Assembly: GCA_964436015.1 (NCBI GenBank)
Contig: CAYTAR010000001.1
Coordinates: forward strand, 28,321-92,320
Direction of reading: 5' to 3'
Origin: an uncultured Candidatus Saccharibacteria bacterium
GTDB lineage: Bacteria; Patescibacteriota; Minisyncoccia; Phycocordibacterales; GCA-2401445
DNA: 64,000 bases
Position numbers and translations under genes: made by a program. Position 1 is the first letter of the stretch; the number at the start of each line of letters is the position of its first letter. Positions 26,999 to 36,418 of this stretch are shown here, in pieces. The notes under the pieces were generated by a model. That model saw nothing but the letters and a program-made list of their open reading frames with translations, did no database searches and was not told where the DNA came from.

Positions 26999-29900
26999 AT
27001 GACTACTATGCAAAAGAAAACAATAGATCAAGGAAATAATTTTGAATTACTGTCACTACGACTTGCGTCGCCTGACAGGATTCTTGACTGGTCACACGGA
27101 GAAGTTACAAAACCAGAAACAATAAACTACCGAACACAGAGAAGTGAAAAGGGTGGTTTGTTTGATGAGAAAATCTTTGGGCCAGAAAAAGATTTTGAGT
27201 GTTACTGTGGAAAGTATCGTGGTATTCGATACAAGAATATCGTTTGTGAAAAGTGTGGAGTTGAAGTAACTCGTTCAATCGTGAGACGAGAGCGAATGGG
27301 GCACATTACTCTTGCTACTCCGGTGTCACACATTTGGTTTCTTCGTGGAGTGCCATCTCGTATTGGTATGCTTCTTGGACTGAACACTGCAGATTTGGAG
27401 CGAGTAATTTACTTTGCAGGGTATATTGTTACCAACGTTATCCAATCAGAAAAAGAGCGAATTCAACGTGAAATTGATAGTGAATTTAAGTCAAAAGTAA
27501 AGACACTTCAGGATGAACGATCAAAAGAGAAACTAAAAGAGCTACTTCAGAATGCAAAACGAGAAGTGGATTCAATTGTTGAGGGGGCAGTTCTTGATGA
27601 AGTTCAGTACCATAAATTCTCAATGAAGTATGGAACCATGTTTGAAGCAGGAATTGGAGCAGAAGCAATACACGAAATATTTAGAAAACTTGATTTGAAC
27701 AAACTTTCAGAACGCTTGCAAGAACAAATTTCAAAAGCGGGTGCAGTTGATCGAGTAAAGCTTAACCGAAGACACTCAGTGGTAAAGGCGATGATAAGTA
27801 ATAACATCAGACCTGAATGGATGTTCTTAACAAACATTCCGGTTATTCCACCTGGTCTTCGCCCTATGGTTGCGCTCGTTGGAGGTAGACACGCGACATC
27901 AGATGTAAACGATCTTTACCGACGGGTACTCAACAGAAATAATCGTCTCAAGAAACTTCTTGATATTAGTGCTCCAGATGTAATTCTTCGTAACGAAAAA
28001 AGAATTCTTCAAGAAGCAGTTGATGCTTTGATAGACAATTCAATCCGTCATGGAAATGCAATGTTCTCAGCAATGAGTCAGGCACAACGTCGTCCACTCA
28101 AGTCTTTATCTGACAACCTTAAAGGAAAGCAGGGACTTTTGAGACAAAACTTGCTTGGTAAGCGAGTAGACTATTCAGGTCGTTCGGTAATTGTAGTTGG
28201 TCCTGAGTTGAAACTTAATCAGTGTGGACTTCCGAAACATATGGCGCTTGAGTTGTTCCGTCCATTCGTAATCTCAGGTCTCTTGAAGCGTGAACTTGCA
28301 TTCAACATCAGAGGAGCAGGAAAACTTATTGATGAAGGAAGGGATGAGGTGTGGGCTATTCTTGAAGAAGTCATTAAAGATAAGCATGTTCTTTTGAACC
28401 GAGCACCGACCCTCCACCGACTCGGTATACAAGCATTCCAACCGATTCTGATTGAAGGAAATGCGATCCAGGTACACCCACTCGTCTGTACTGCTTTTAA
28501 CGCAGACTTTGACGGTGACCAGATGGCAGTACACGTTCCGCTTTCAAAGGAAGCTCAATCTGAAGCAGCGCATATCATGGCGTCAAATAAGAACTTGCTT
28601 GGACCAGGAAACGGCGAATCAATCGTTTCTCCAAAGCTTGATATTGTATTGGGCGCGTACTGGATGACAAAGGAGGTACAAGGAGAGAAGGGAGAAGGAA
28701 AATATTTTGCAACTCCAAATGATGCAATAACCGCGTTTGATTTCGGTGATGTTGCATTTAGAGCAAAAATCAAAGTTATGCCAACCGACAAACCTCGGTA
28801 TGCAAAGTTTGAAGGTAAAGTATTTGAAACAACCGTAGGACGATTGCTCTTCAACTCAGTACTTCCAAAAGATTACGCATACATCAACATAGAAGTGAAC
28901 AAGAAAGAAATGTCTATGATGATTGACGACCTAATCAACCGTTATGGAATTGATGCAGTTCCACCGGTGCTTGATAAGGTGAAGGCGTTCGGATTTAAGT
29001 ACGTTACCTATTCTGGAGTTACCTGGGGAATTGATGAAATTATTGTTCCTGCTGAAAAACCAACCATTATTGCAGAAGCTCGCAAGAAGTCAGAAGAAAT
29101 CATTGCTCAGTTCAATGATGGTCTCTTGTCTGAAGAAGAGCGATACAGAAAGAATATTGAGATCTGGCACGGAGCAAAAAGCGCAGTTGAGTCCCTCGTT
29201 CCAGCATCTCTTGATCCAAACGGTTCAGCGAGTGACATGTACAAGTCTGGAGCTCGAGGAACACTTAACTCAATTTCACAAATGAGTGGAATGAAAGGTT
29301 TGATTCAGAACACTTCTGGAGAAACAATTGAGTATCCGGTAATTTCATCTATGAAAGAAGGACTTACTCCAATTGAATACTTTACAACTACACACGGTTC
29401 ACGAAAAGGTCTTGCCGATACCGCGCTCAATACTGCTAAAGCAGGATACCTCACGAGACGTCTTTTCGTTGTTGCTCAGGAGGCAATCATCAGTAGCGAA
29501 GACTGTAAGACAAAAACTGGTATTGTTGTAAAACGAGACAATATGTCAGGTATTGATATTCCTCTATCAAGGAATATTCGTGGCAGACACCTCTCTGAAG
29601 ATGTTGTTGATTCAAAAGGAGAGATGCTCTTTAAGAAAGGACATTTCCTCTCTAAATTTGACGCACTTGAAATTGAAAAAGCTGGCGTTTCTGAGGTGTC
29701 AGTATTTTCTCCGCTAACGTGTAAGACTCCTCGTGGTGTTTGTAAGAAATGTTACGGAATGGATCTCGGAACAAATAAATTGATTGAAGTCGGTGAAGCG
29801 GTGGGAACTGTTGCCGCGCAAGCGATTGGTGAGCCAGGAACACAGCTTACTATGCGTACGTTCCACTCTGGAGGTACTGCGCAGGTTGGAGGAGATATTA

Positions 29901-30703
29901 CCGCAGGTCTTCCTCGTGTTGAAGAAGTATTTGAACGACGAATTCCACGAAATCCCGCGATTGTATCAACGGTAAGTGGTTTAGTTTCAGAAATACGAAC
30001 AACAGGAAAAGAGAAAATGATTGTTGTTACTCCAGACCTTGAGGATAAAGGAAAGGCAAAGAAAGGAAAGGAAAGTATTGAATACCCACTTCACTTCCGA
30101 CGAACTCCAATTGTGCGCGTGGGAGAGAAAGTTGTTAAGGGTCAATTATTGACTGATGGTTCTGCTGATATTCAAGAAATATTCAAGTATGGTGGAAAGA
30201 TTGCAGCACAGGAGTACATCATTCATGAAATTAGTAAAATTTATGAACTTCAAGGTGCTTCTATTTCACGAAAGCATATTGAAGTGATTGTGCGACAAAT
30301 GTTCTCACGAAGAAAGATTATTGACAGAGGCACTACCAAGTTCTCACAAGGAGATGTGGTAGAGGAAGCACTCTTTGTTGAAGAAAATGAAAGAGTGAGT
30401 GCAGAGGGTGGAGAAGTTGCAAAGGGTGAAGAACTCATTATGGGAATTTCAGAAGTGTCATTGACACGAAAGAGTTTCCTTTCAGCTGCTTCGTTCCAAA
30501 ATACAACTAAGGTACTCATTAACGCATCAATCAGAGGAAGTAGTGATAAACTAACCGGACTCATGGAAAATGTTATTATTGGACGTTTGATTCCTGCAGG
30601 TACTGGATATGCGGGAAGTCCAAAAAACGCACTCGTTGAAGAAGTCCGCCGTACACAAGAAGCAGAGTATGTAGCCGTTAATGGAGTAGAAGAAGAAATA
30701 TAA
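26999..30703 (+). CDS. rpoC: DNA-directed RNA polymerase subunit beta' (ATG 26999 immediately after rpoB stop; ORF track start 26951 overlaps rpoB)
   Basis: Zn-binding CYCGKYRGIRYKNIVCEKCGVEV, catalytic NADFDGDQMAVHVP, trigger loop/bridge helix regions. Confidence 0.95.
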   Translation: MTTMQKKTIDQGNNFELLSLRLASPDRILDWSHGEVTKPETINYRTQRSEKGGLFDEKIFGPEKDFECYCGKYRGIRYKNIVCEKCGVEVTRSIVRRERMGHITLATPVSHIWFLRGVPSRIGMLLGLNTADLERVIYFAGYIVTNVIQSEKERIQREIDSEFKSKVKTLQDERSKEKLKELLQNAKREVDSIVEGAVLDEVQYHKFSMKYGTMFEAGIGAEAIHEIFRKLDLNKLSERLQEQISKAGAVDRVKLNRRHSVVKAMISNNIRPEWMFLTNIPVIPPGLRPMVALVGGRHATSDVNDLYRRVLNRNNRLKKLLDISAPDVILRNEKRILQEAVDALIDNSIRHGNAMFSAMSQAQRRPLKSLSDNLKGKQGLLRQNLLGKRVDYSGRSVIVVGPELKLNQCGLPKHMALELFRPFVISGLLKRELAFNIRGAGKLIDEGRDEVWAILEEVIKDKHVLLNRAPTLHRLGIQAFQPILIEGNAIQVHPLVCTAFNADFDGDQMAVHVPLSKEAQSEAAHIMASNKNLLGPGNGESIVSPKLDIVLGAYWMTKEVQGEKGEGKYFATPNDAITAFDFGDVAFRAKIKVMPTDKPRYAKFEGKVFETTVGRLLFNSVLPKDYAYINIEVNKKEMSMMIDDLINRYGIDAVPPVLDKVKAFGFKYVTYSGVTWGIDEIIVPAEKPTIIAEARKKSEEIIAQFNDGLLSEEERYRKNIEIWHGAKSAVESLVPASLDPNGSASDMYKSGARGTLNSISQMSGMKGLIQNTSGETIEYPVISSMKEGLTPIEYFTTTHGSRKGLADTALNTAKAGYLTRRLFVVAQEAIISSEDCKTKTGIVVKRDNMSGIDIPLSRNIRGRHLSEDVVDSKGEMLFKKGHFLSKFDALEIEKAGVSEVSVFSPLTCKTPRGVCKKCYGMDLGTNKLIEVGEAVGTVAAQAIGEPGTQLTMRTFHSGGTAQVGGDITAGLPRVEEVFERRIPRNPAIVSTVSGLVSEIRTTGKEKMIVVTPDLEDKGKAKKGKESIEYPLHFRRTPIVRVGEKVVKGQLLTDGSADIQEIFKYGGKIAAQEYIIHEISKIYELQGASISRKHIEVIVRQMFSRRKIIDRGTTKFSQGDVVEEALFVEENERVSAEGGEVAKGEELIMGISEVSLTRKSFLSAASFQNTTKVLINASIRGSSDKLTGLMENVIIGRLIPAGTGYAGSPKNALVEEVRRTQEAEYVAVNGVEEEI

Positions 30704-30707
30704 CTTC

Positions 30708-32396
30708 ATGAATTCAACCATAGAGCAAATCAAGGATAGGCTCTCTATAGTTGATGTGGTAAGTCAATACGTTACGCTAGAAAAATCGGGAAGCAACTAT
30801 AAAGGTCGTTCGCCGTTTACAAACGAGAAGACACCGTCTTTCTTTGTATCTGCCGAACGGAATTTGTACCACTGTTTCTCATCAGGTAAAGGGGGAGATA
30901 TATTTACCTTTATCTCTGAAATGGAGGGTGTGGACTTTAAGGGCGCGCTTCGCATACTAGCTGAGCGCGCTGGAGTCTCCCTTACTCCGACTGATAAAAG
31001 CCAAAGTGATCTTCGTGAAAGACTGTTTGCAGTCATGAAGGACTGCGCATACTTTTATCAGCAAAGTCTACTTCGTAAACCTGAAGCACTTACGTACCTT
31101 GAGTCTCGAGGTATTACGTCCGACACTATAAAAATGTTCGGTATTGGGTATGCTCCAAAACAATGGAATGGTGCATATACGTGGCTTCATACTAAAGCTC
31201 ATCATAAAAAGGAAGATATTGTTAGTGCGGGAGTAGCTAAGCAGGGCGAACGAGCAGATCCGTACGATCGTTTGAGAGAGCGAATAGTCTTTCCTATACG
31301 AGACGCAGCGGGGCGTGTCATTGCATTTACAGGAAGAATTTTGCCTGGTTCAACGGCAAAAGATGCGAATGCAAAGTACATCAATAGTCCAGAAACAGAT
31401 CTTTATAAAAAGTCAGAAGTACTATTTGGTTTTGATTTAGCAAAACAATCAATACGTACGCAAAAAACAGTGTTGGTTATGGAAGGTCAAATGGATGTTA
31501 TACTCGCACATCAATACGGGTACGCTAACGCAATTGCTCTTTCAGGTACTGCATTTTCAGATACACAGGTAACACTCATTGCAAGACTTGCCACATCGGT
31601 AGTGTTTGCACTTGATTCTGATACAGCTGGAAAAAAAGCTCTGTTAAAGAGCTCGTTTACGGCACTAAAACATGGTCTAATTGTGCACTCACTGTCACTA
31701 CCTGATGGAAAGGACCCTGCTGATATATTTTCAACCAATTCACGTGAGTGGGAAGAGTTATTTAGTAAAAGAAAGCATATTATAACGGCACTCATACAGG
31801 AGGTTACTGAGAAAGAACATGATAAACATGCAAGACAGCATGCAATAGCAAAAATGGTATACCCACTCATAAAAGCACTTCCATCAAAGACTGAACAGGG
31901 ATATTTCATCCATGAGGTAACCCGTGCGCTTGTTGGGGTGAACGAGGCTATGGTTCAATCTGAAATAGCTCGACTGCAGATTGATGATTTTGTTACCACA
32001 GAACATAGTGTTACATCACCCATTCCTGAACGTAACAATATTTCAGTAACCGCAGAAGAAATTTTTTCTGTAATTCGGTGGCAAAGAGGGCTCCAAACAC
32101 AAATGATACCTGTAGATGAAATTGAAGCAGAAGTATCGTCAATAATTAAGAAATACGAAATTGAACACGACCTTATCGTTGCGGTGTCCGAGCAAAAAAT
32201 TTTTGAAGTAGAGCTTAAGTACCAAGATAGTGATGAGGATTTACATAAAAAGGTACGAGGGTTAATTGAGGTATTTAGAAAACGATGTGTTGATTGGAAG
32301 CGAAATAAAATACAACAACAAATTGCAGATGCGGAACGAAAAGAGGATGTTGAGAAACTTGAAAAATTAAAGAAAGAGTATCAACAAATATCATGA
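30708..32396 (+). CDS. dnaG: DNA primase (zinc-ribbon ligands largely substituted)
   Basis: N-terminal EKTPSFFVS...YHCFSSGKGGD (canonical CPFH...CFGCG), Toprim domain (VLVMEGQMDVI, ALDSDTAGKKA); 4 nt after rpoC stop. Confidence 0.9.
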   Translation: MNSTIEQIKDRLSIVDVVSQYVTLEKSGSNYKGRSPFTNEKTPSFFVSAERNLYHCFSSGKGGDIFTFISEMEGVDFKGALRILAERAGVSLTPTDKSQSDLRERLFAVMKDCAYFYQQSLLRKPEALTYLESRGITSDTIKMFGIGYAPKQWNGAYTWLHTKAHHKKEDIVSAGVAKQGERADPYDRLRERIVFPIRDAAGRVIAFTGRILPGSTAKDANAKYINSPETDLYKKSEVLFGFDLAKQSIRTQKTVLVMEGQMDVILAHQYGYANAIALSGTAFSDTQVTLIARLATSVVFALDSDTAGKKALLKSSFTALKHGLIVHSLSLPDGKDPADIFSTNSREWEELFSKRKHIITALIQEVTEKEHDKHARQHAIAKMVYPLIKALPSKTEQGYFIHEVTRALVGVNEAMVQSEIARLQIDDFVTTEHSVTSPIPERNNISVTAEEIFSVIRWQRGLQTQMIPVDEIEAEVSSIIKKYEIEHDLIVAVSEQKIFEVELKYQDSDEDLHKKVRGLIEVFRKRCVDWKRNKIQQQIADAERKEDVEKLEKLKKEYQQIS

Positions 32397-32455
32397 ATCT
32401 ATAATACGTCAACTATTCACAAATTTTATAAACAGTGTATAACTGTACCATATAT

Positions 32456-33703
32456 ATGAAAACTAAAAAAAAGAAGCTCGGAGCGAAAAAGAAACCAGTC
32501 ACTAAAAAACAGGTTAAAAAAATAGCAAAGAAGGTTATTAAGAAGACTAAGAAAACTGCGGTAAAGAAAGCAGAAAAGAAAAGTGCGCCAAAAAAGCAAC
32601 CGAAGGTAAAAGCACCAAAACTTTCAAAAAAAGAGCGTGAGCGAAATACACACATAAATCGTTTGGTTGCGAAAGGAAAAGAGCGTGGCTTTGTTACTTA
32701 TGATGAAATTCTAAAGGAGTTTCCAACTATTGAGGATGATATTGTCTTTTTGGAGGAGCTCTATGAGCATTTGAGTGTATCTGGTATTGATCTTCTTGAA
32801 GGTGGTAACTTGCTTGAGCTTGAACCTGAGCCTGCACATGGTAAGTACTTGTACACGCGTAACGAGAGCTCGTACGACTCAATTCAAATGTATTTGAAGG
32901 GTATTGGACAATATTCTCTTCTTACTGGTGGTCAAGAAAAAGAATTAGCAAAACGTATTGTTGCAGGAGATCCTGAAGCAAAGAACTTGCTTGCACGGGC
33001 AAACTTGCGTCTGGTTGTTTCTATCGCGAAGAAGTATGTGGGACGAAGCCCTGACCTAACCCTTCTGGACCTTATTCAAGAAGGAAACCTTGGTCTTTTT
33101 AAAGCAGTAGATAAGTTTGATTGGACAAAGGGATATAAGTTTTCAACATACGCGACATGGTGGATTAGACAAGCAATCACGAGAGCGCTCGCTGACCAAT
33201 CACGGACCATTCGTATCCCAGTACACATGGTAGAAACGATAGCGAAGTATAAGCAGGTAGTACGCCGACTTTCACAAGACTTGGGACGTGACCCTCTTCC
33301 TGATGAGATTGCGATTGAAATGGGTGTAGAAATAGAAAAAATTCATACGATTGAGAAAATTAGCCAAGACACGATTTCGCTTGAGGCGCCGGTCGGAGAT
33401 GATACTGATGATTCAAAATCAACACTGAGAGACTTTATTCCTGATGAGAAAATTCTTTCTCCTGATCAAGAGTCATCACGTAGAATTTTATCAGACCAGA
33501 TAAAGACAGTACTGTCTGACCTATCAGAAAAAGAGCGAAAAATCCTTGAGATGCGAAATGGTCTTCTTGATGGAATCACACACACGCTTGAAGAGGTGGG
33601 GAAGGAGTTCGGTGTTACTCGTGAGCGTATCAGACAAATTGAGGCAAAAGCACACGAAAAAATTCGTCAGCACGAAATGACGGAGCAACTCAAGAGTTAC
33701 TAG
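32456..33703 (+). CDS. rpoD: RNA polymerase sigma factor RpoD with histone-H1-like Lys-rich N-terminal region (ORF track start 32435)
   Basis: Region 2 ([40 protein letters not shown]), region 3/4 ([15 protein letters not shown]...[23 protein letters not shown]); N-terminal ~60 aa are K/A/P-rich. Confidence 0.9.
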   Translation: MKTKKKKLGAKKKPVTKKQVKKIAKKVIKKTKKTAVKKAEKKSAPKKQPKVKAPKLSKKERERNTHINRLVAKGKERGFVTYDEILKEFPTIEDDIVFLEELYEHLSVSGIDLLEGGNLLELEPEPAHGKYLYTRNESSYDSIQMYLKGIGQYSLLTGGQEKELAKRIVAGDPEAKNLLARANLRLVVSIAKKYVGRSPDLTLLDLIQEGNLGLFKAVDKFDWTKGYKFSTYATWWIRQAITRALADQSRTIRIPVHMVETIAKYKQVVRRLSQDLGRDPLPDEIAIEMGVEIEKIHTIEKISQDTISLEAPVGDDTDDSKSTLRDFIPDEKILSPDQESSRRILSDQIKTVLSDLSEKERKILEMRNGLLDGITHTLEEVGKEFGVTRERIRQIEAKAHEKIRQHEMTEQLKSY

Positions 33704-34115
33704 GTCATCAATAGAGACCTATTGACGCACTATAGTGATGCGTGGTATTTTCCTTTTGGAAGAAATTCACTCTCGTATCAAAAACCACCCTCGCCTGAAG
33801 TGAGGTAATGGTGGCCTGAAGCCATTTTACAAAGTGGAAAAACACAACTGAATATGCTTGACCCTTACTCCATTGTCACTTTGGATGAAAGTCCATCCAT
33901 GCTTGACATGTACGCTCTTACTTCGTTCGCGAAAAGGAATTCACTCTTGAAGAGATCGAGGCACTCTCCGGTGGAGCTTTTGAATAAGGTAAGAAAATCG
34001 CTTCATGACATATATGTTGCGTGCGGTTTGCTTATTCTCTTCGTCTGTGTACTCGGCATTGCGCTTGTCGGTATGACACAAAATTCCTCCGTTACGGTTT
34101 TCGGACTCGTCGTGT

Positions 34116-34520
34116 GTGGGTTTACACATTGCAGGTGTTGTTGTATACGGCGGAGTTCTGTTTACAAGTAAAAACAGATACTCCAGATTAATGGAGCACT
34201 TATGCTCTCCTCCGCATGAAGTGAGTCGCGAATACGAAGTACTACTTATTGCGAGAAATCTTAACCTGGGAATTCTTTCTCTACTGTCAATGCGCGAAAG
34301 TGAGTTACGACGACTAGTTGATGCTTGCTTGTTCTCCATCACTCAGGAGATACTTCGGATTGAAAATGAAGGAAAGAGAGCTGGCTCATCTTATTCCGAA
34401 CTGCGAGAAGAGTTTGCTCAGAAGCATCGTTTATTCTTGAAATACGAACTTGCAGGAGAAGATTGGGGATATTATTTCAGAAAGGCGGAAATGCTTCTCA
34501 GTCGACCACTTGAATCTTAA
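34116..34520 (+). CDS. Hypothetical protein (region 33854-34520 has two overlapping frames; possible degraded gene)
   Basis: ORF ends 8 nt before a strong terminator; upstream ORF 33854-34171 in another frame; no family recognised. Confidence 0.3.
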   Translation: MGLHIAGVVVYGGVLFTSKNRYSRLMEHLCSPPHEVSREYEVLLIARNLNLGILSLLSMRESELRRLVDACLFSITQEILRIENEGKRAGSSYSELREEFAQKHRLFLKYELAGEDWGYYFRKAEMLLSRPLES

Positions 34521-34527
34521 GTGGTTA

Positions 34528-34560
34528 GCAAAACCCAAGCGCATGCGCTTGGGTTTTTTC
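34528..34560 (+). terminator. Rho-independent terminator
   Basis: aaacccaagcgcatgcgcttgggttttttc: 11-bp stem cccaagcgcat/atgcgcttggg plus T-run. Confidence 0.75.
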
Positions 34561-34779
34561 TATAGACAACATAGTAAAATGTATTAGTTTGTTTTATACT
34601 TTATGTAGTATGAATTCTACAGAAAACATCAAATCAACATGTGAAAAGACTTAGAGACTGTCCAAAACCTCACGTCGGAATGAAATGTTCAAATTTTTAA
34701 GTAAAAATAGATATTTTGAGGAATAATATATGGATATGGTGACGAGAAATAGCCATTTTGTAGCGAGAATTTGAGTATT

Positions 34780-35060
34780 TCAGCCGGCGAGCGTGTTTGG
34801 TTTTCCTTTACGGTGAAGTATTAGCTTTTGCGCGAACCCACTTTGCACGCGCGGAGCGCGTGGTGACTTGAAACTGCGTCTTACGCTCCGATTGCGTGGA
34901 AATGCTAACCAATGCGGCTCGGCCGCGCGCGCCTTGCTCGCGCGGGGCAAAACCCAAAAATTTCCTTTTCATTTTTTGTCGGCCCCCCACACACCCGCCG
35001 CGAAGCGGAAGATTTGAAAGGAAAGAAATTTTATGGTTTTACTGCCGCCGCTTCAATTTC
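34780..35060. other. GC-rich (~60% GC) non-coding segment with multiple GC stems in an otherwise AT-rich locus; unidentified (candidate structured RNA or foreign remnant)
   Basis: Runs such as ggctcggccgcgcgcgccttgctcgcgcgggg, ggccccccacacacccgccgcgaagcgg; ORFs here are Arg-rich artefacts. Confidence 0.4.
34812..34847 (-). repeat. Left copy of 36-bp inverted repeat (32/36 identical to 41445-41480 in opposite orientation)
   Basis: + strand ggtgaagtattagcttttgcgcgaacccactttgca = reverse complement of tgcaaagtgggttcgcgcaaaagctaatacttcacc; right copy tgcgaagtgggttcgcgcaaaggctaatacatcacc. Confidence 0.85.
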
Positions 35061-35068
35061 AACATACT

Positions 35069-35115
35069 TGTAATATATTACATTATTGTCATAGGACACA
35101 ATATTTGGCTATAAT
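35069..35115 (+). promoter_or_regulatory. Promoter of XRE-led operon (-35 TTGTCA 35086-35091, -10 TATAAT 35110-35115) overlapped by a 14-bp perfect palindrome TGTAATATATTACA (35069-35082), candidate XRE operator
   Basis: Direct reading. Confidence 0.5.
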
Positions 35116-35121
35116 ACATCT

Positions 35122-35334
35122 GTGAATATGAAAACCCCAACATCCAAACTTAGCAAGAACATCAAGCGAATACGCGAGCAAAAAGAAATGACACAAGGTG
35201 ATATTTGTCGTGCGGTCGGGCTTGATCGTGCTCAAATGAGCAACATTGAAGCGGGCAAAGGCAATCCCACGCTTGCCACTATTGAGAAAATCGCCCAAGC
35301 GTTGGGAGTATCAAGTGACGAGCTTTTGAAATAA
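35122..35334 (+). CDS. XRE-family helix-turn-helix transcriptional regulator (70 aa)
   Basis: Canonical HTH_3: LSKNIKRIREQKEMTQGDICRAVGLDRAQMSNIEAGKGNPTLATIEKIAQALGVSSDELL. Confidence 0.85.
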   Translation: MNMKTPTSKLSKNIKRIREQKEMTQGDICRAVGLDRAQMSNIEAGKGNPTLATIEKIAQALGVSSDELLK

Positions 35335-35338
35335 ATTT

Positions 35339-36409
35339 ATGAAGAAATCTAAAAAAATAAAAGTTGCGCTTGTTGGTATAGGAAATTGCGCAAGTTCTCT
35401 TGTTCAAGGTGTTTCATTTTATTCAAGATCAGAAAATACGACAGTCGGGTTAATGCATCCCAATTTTGCCGGATTTAAGGTGTCTGATATTGAATTTGTT
35501 ACCGCGTTTGATGTCGATAAAAGAAAAGTGGGAAAAGATCTCGCAGAAGCAATATTTCAAAAACCTAACTGTGCCAAGAAGTTTCAAGGGGTTGAACTAT
35601 TAAATATCAAGGTATTGAAGGGACACGTTTTAGATGGTGTAGCACCTCATATGCAAGAATACTTTATTGTCGATGACGAACAGAAATCAGTTGACATTGC
35701 GCAGGAATTACATAAAAGCGGCGCAGAAATGCTCATCTCTTATTTACCAGTGGGTAGTGCTGAAGCGTCGAGATTTTATGCTAATGAGGCAATAAAGGCT
35801 GGAGTCGGATTTATTAACGCTATTCCTGAATTTATTTGTTCTAAGCCAGAATGGATAGCTAAATTTAAAGAAAAAGGAATACCTTGTGCTGGTGATGATA
35901 TAAAATCACAATTTGGCGCAACTATTTTGCATAGGATTGTAACAAGATTTATTGAAGATCGTGGACATAAGATTGATAACACATATCAATTAAATATCGG
36001 CGGGAATACAGATTTTTTAAACATGAAAGATGAAAGTCGATTGGCTTCAAAAAGATTATCAAAAACGAATGCGGTGACTTCAATACTTGGAGAAAAAGAG
36101 TTCGGGGTTCGAATTGGTCCTAGTGATTACATACCACACCTTAATGACAATAAAATTTGCTATATAAATGTTAAAGGTAAACAATTTGGAGGACTACCTT
36201 TTGAATTAGATATTAAATTAAGTGTTGAAGATAGCCCGAATAGTGCTGGTGTTATGATAGATGTTATTAGAGCCATGAGAGTTGCCCTTGATTGTGGAAT
36301 CTCGGGAAACTTAGAAGCAATTAGTGCATACTATTTTAAGTCACCAGAAGTTCAATATAGAGACGATATTGCTAGGACAATGGTTGAAGACTTTATCAAT
36401 TTTAATTAA
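35339..36409 (+). CDS. ino1: myo-Inositol-1-phosphate synthase (short archaeal/bacterial type, 356 aa)
   Basis: NAD-binding KVALVGIGNCASSLVQG (yeast Ino1 LVGLGGNNGSTL), QLNIGGNTDF (SYNHLGNNDG), SKRLSKTNAV (SKEISKSNVV). Confidence 0.8.
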   Translation: MKKSKKIKVALVGIGNCASSLVQGVSFYSRSENTTVGLMHPNFAGFKVSDIEFVTAFDVDKRKVGKDLAEAIFQKPNCAKKFQGVELLNIKVLKGHVLDGVAPHMQEYFIVDDEQKSVDIAQELHKSGAEMLISYLPVGSAEASRFYANEAIKAGVGFINAIPEFICSKPEWIAKFKEKGIPCAGDDIKSQFGATILHRIVTRFIEDRGHKIDNTYQLNIGGNTDFLNMKDESRLASKRLSKTNAVTSILGEKEFGVRIGPSDYIPHLNDNKICYINVKGKQFGGLPFELDIKLSVEDSPNSAGVMIDVIRAMRVALDCGISGNLEAISAYYFKSPEVQYRDDIARTMVEDFINFN

Positions 36410-36418
36410 TAAGATTTT

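Noticed and set aside
24033-30733. Numerous short antisense ORFs within rpoB/rpoC (e.g. 25836-26258, 28555-28854, 30250-30564)
   Set aside because: Lie entirely inside highly conserved RNAP genes on the opposite strand; no independent signals.
32413-32655. 80-aa minus-strand ORF (Phe-rich) overlapping rpoD start
   Set aside because: Antisense translation of the Lys-rich (AAA/AAG) region of rpoD gives poly-Phe; artefact.
33941-34342. 133-aa minus-strand ORF
   Set aside because: Ser/Arg-rich low-complexity; the terminator orientation and codon usage favour the plus-strand reading; kept only a low-confidence plus-strand hypothetical.
34808-35114. ORFs 34808-34990(-) and 34896-35114(+) in the GC-rich segment
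   Set aside because: Arg/Ala-rich low-complexity translations typical of GC-rich non-coding DNA; one merely spans the inverted repeat (shares AKWVRAKANTSP peptide with the artefactual extension of the helicase ORF).
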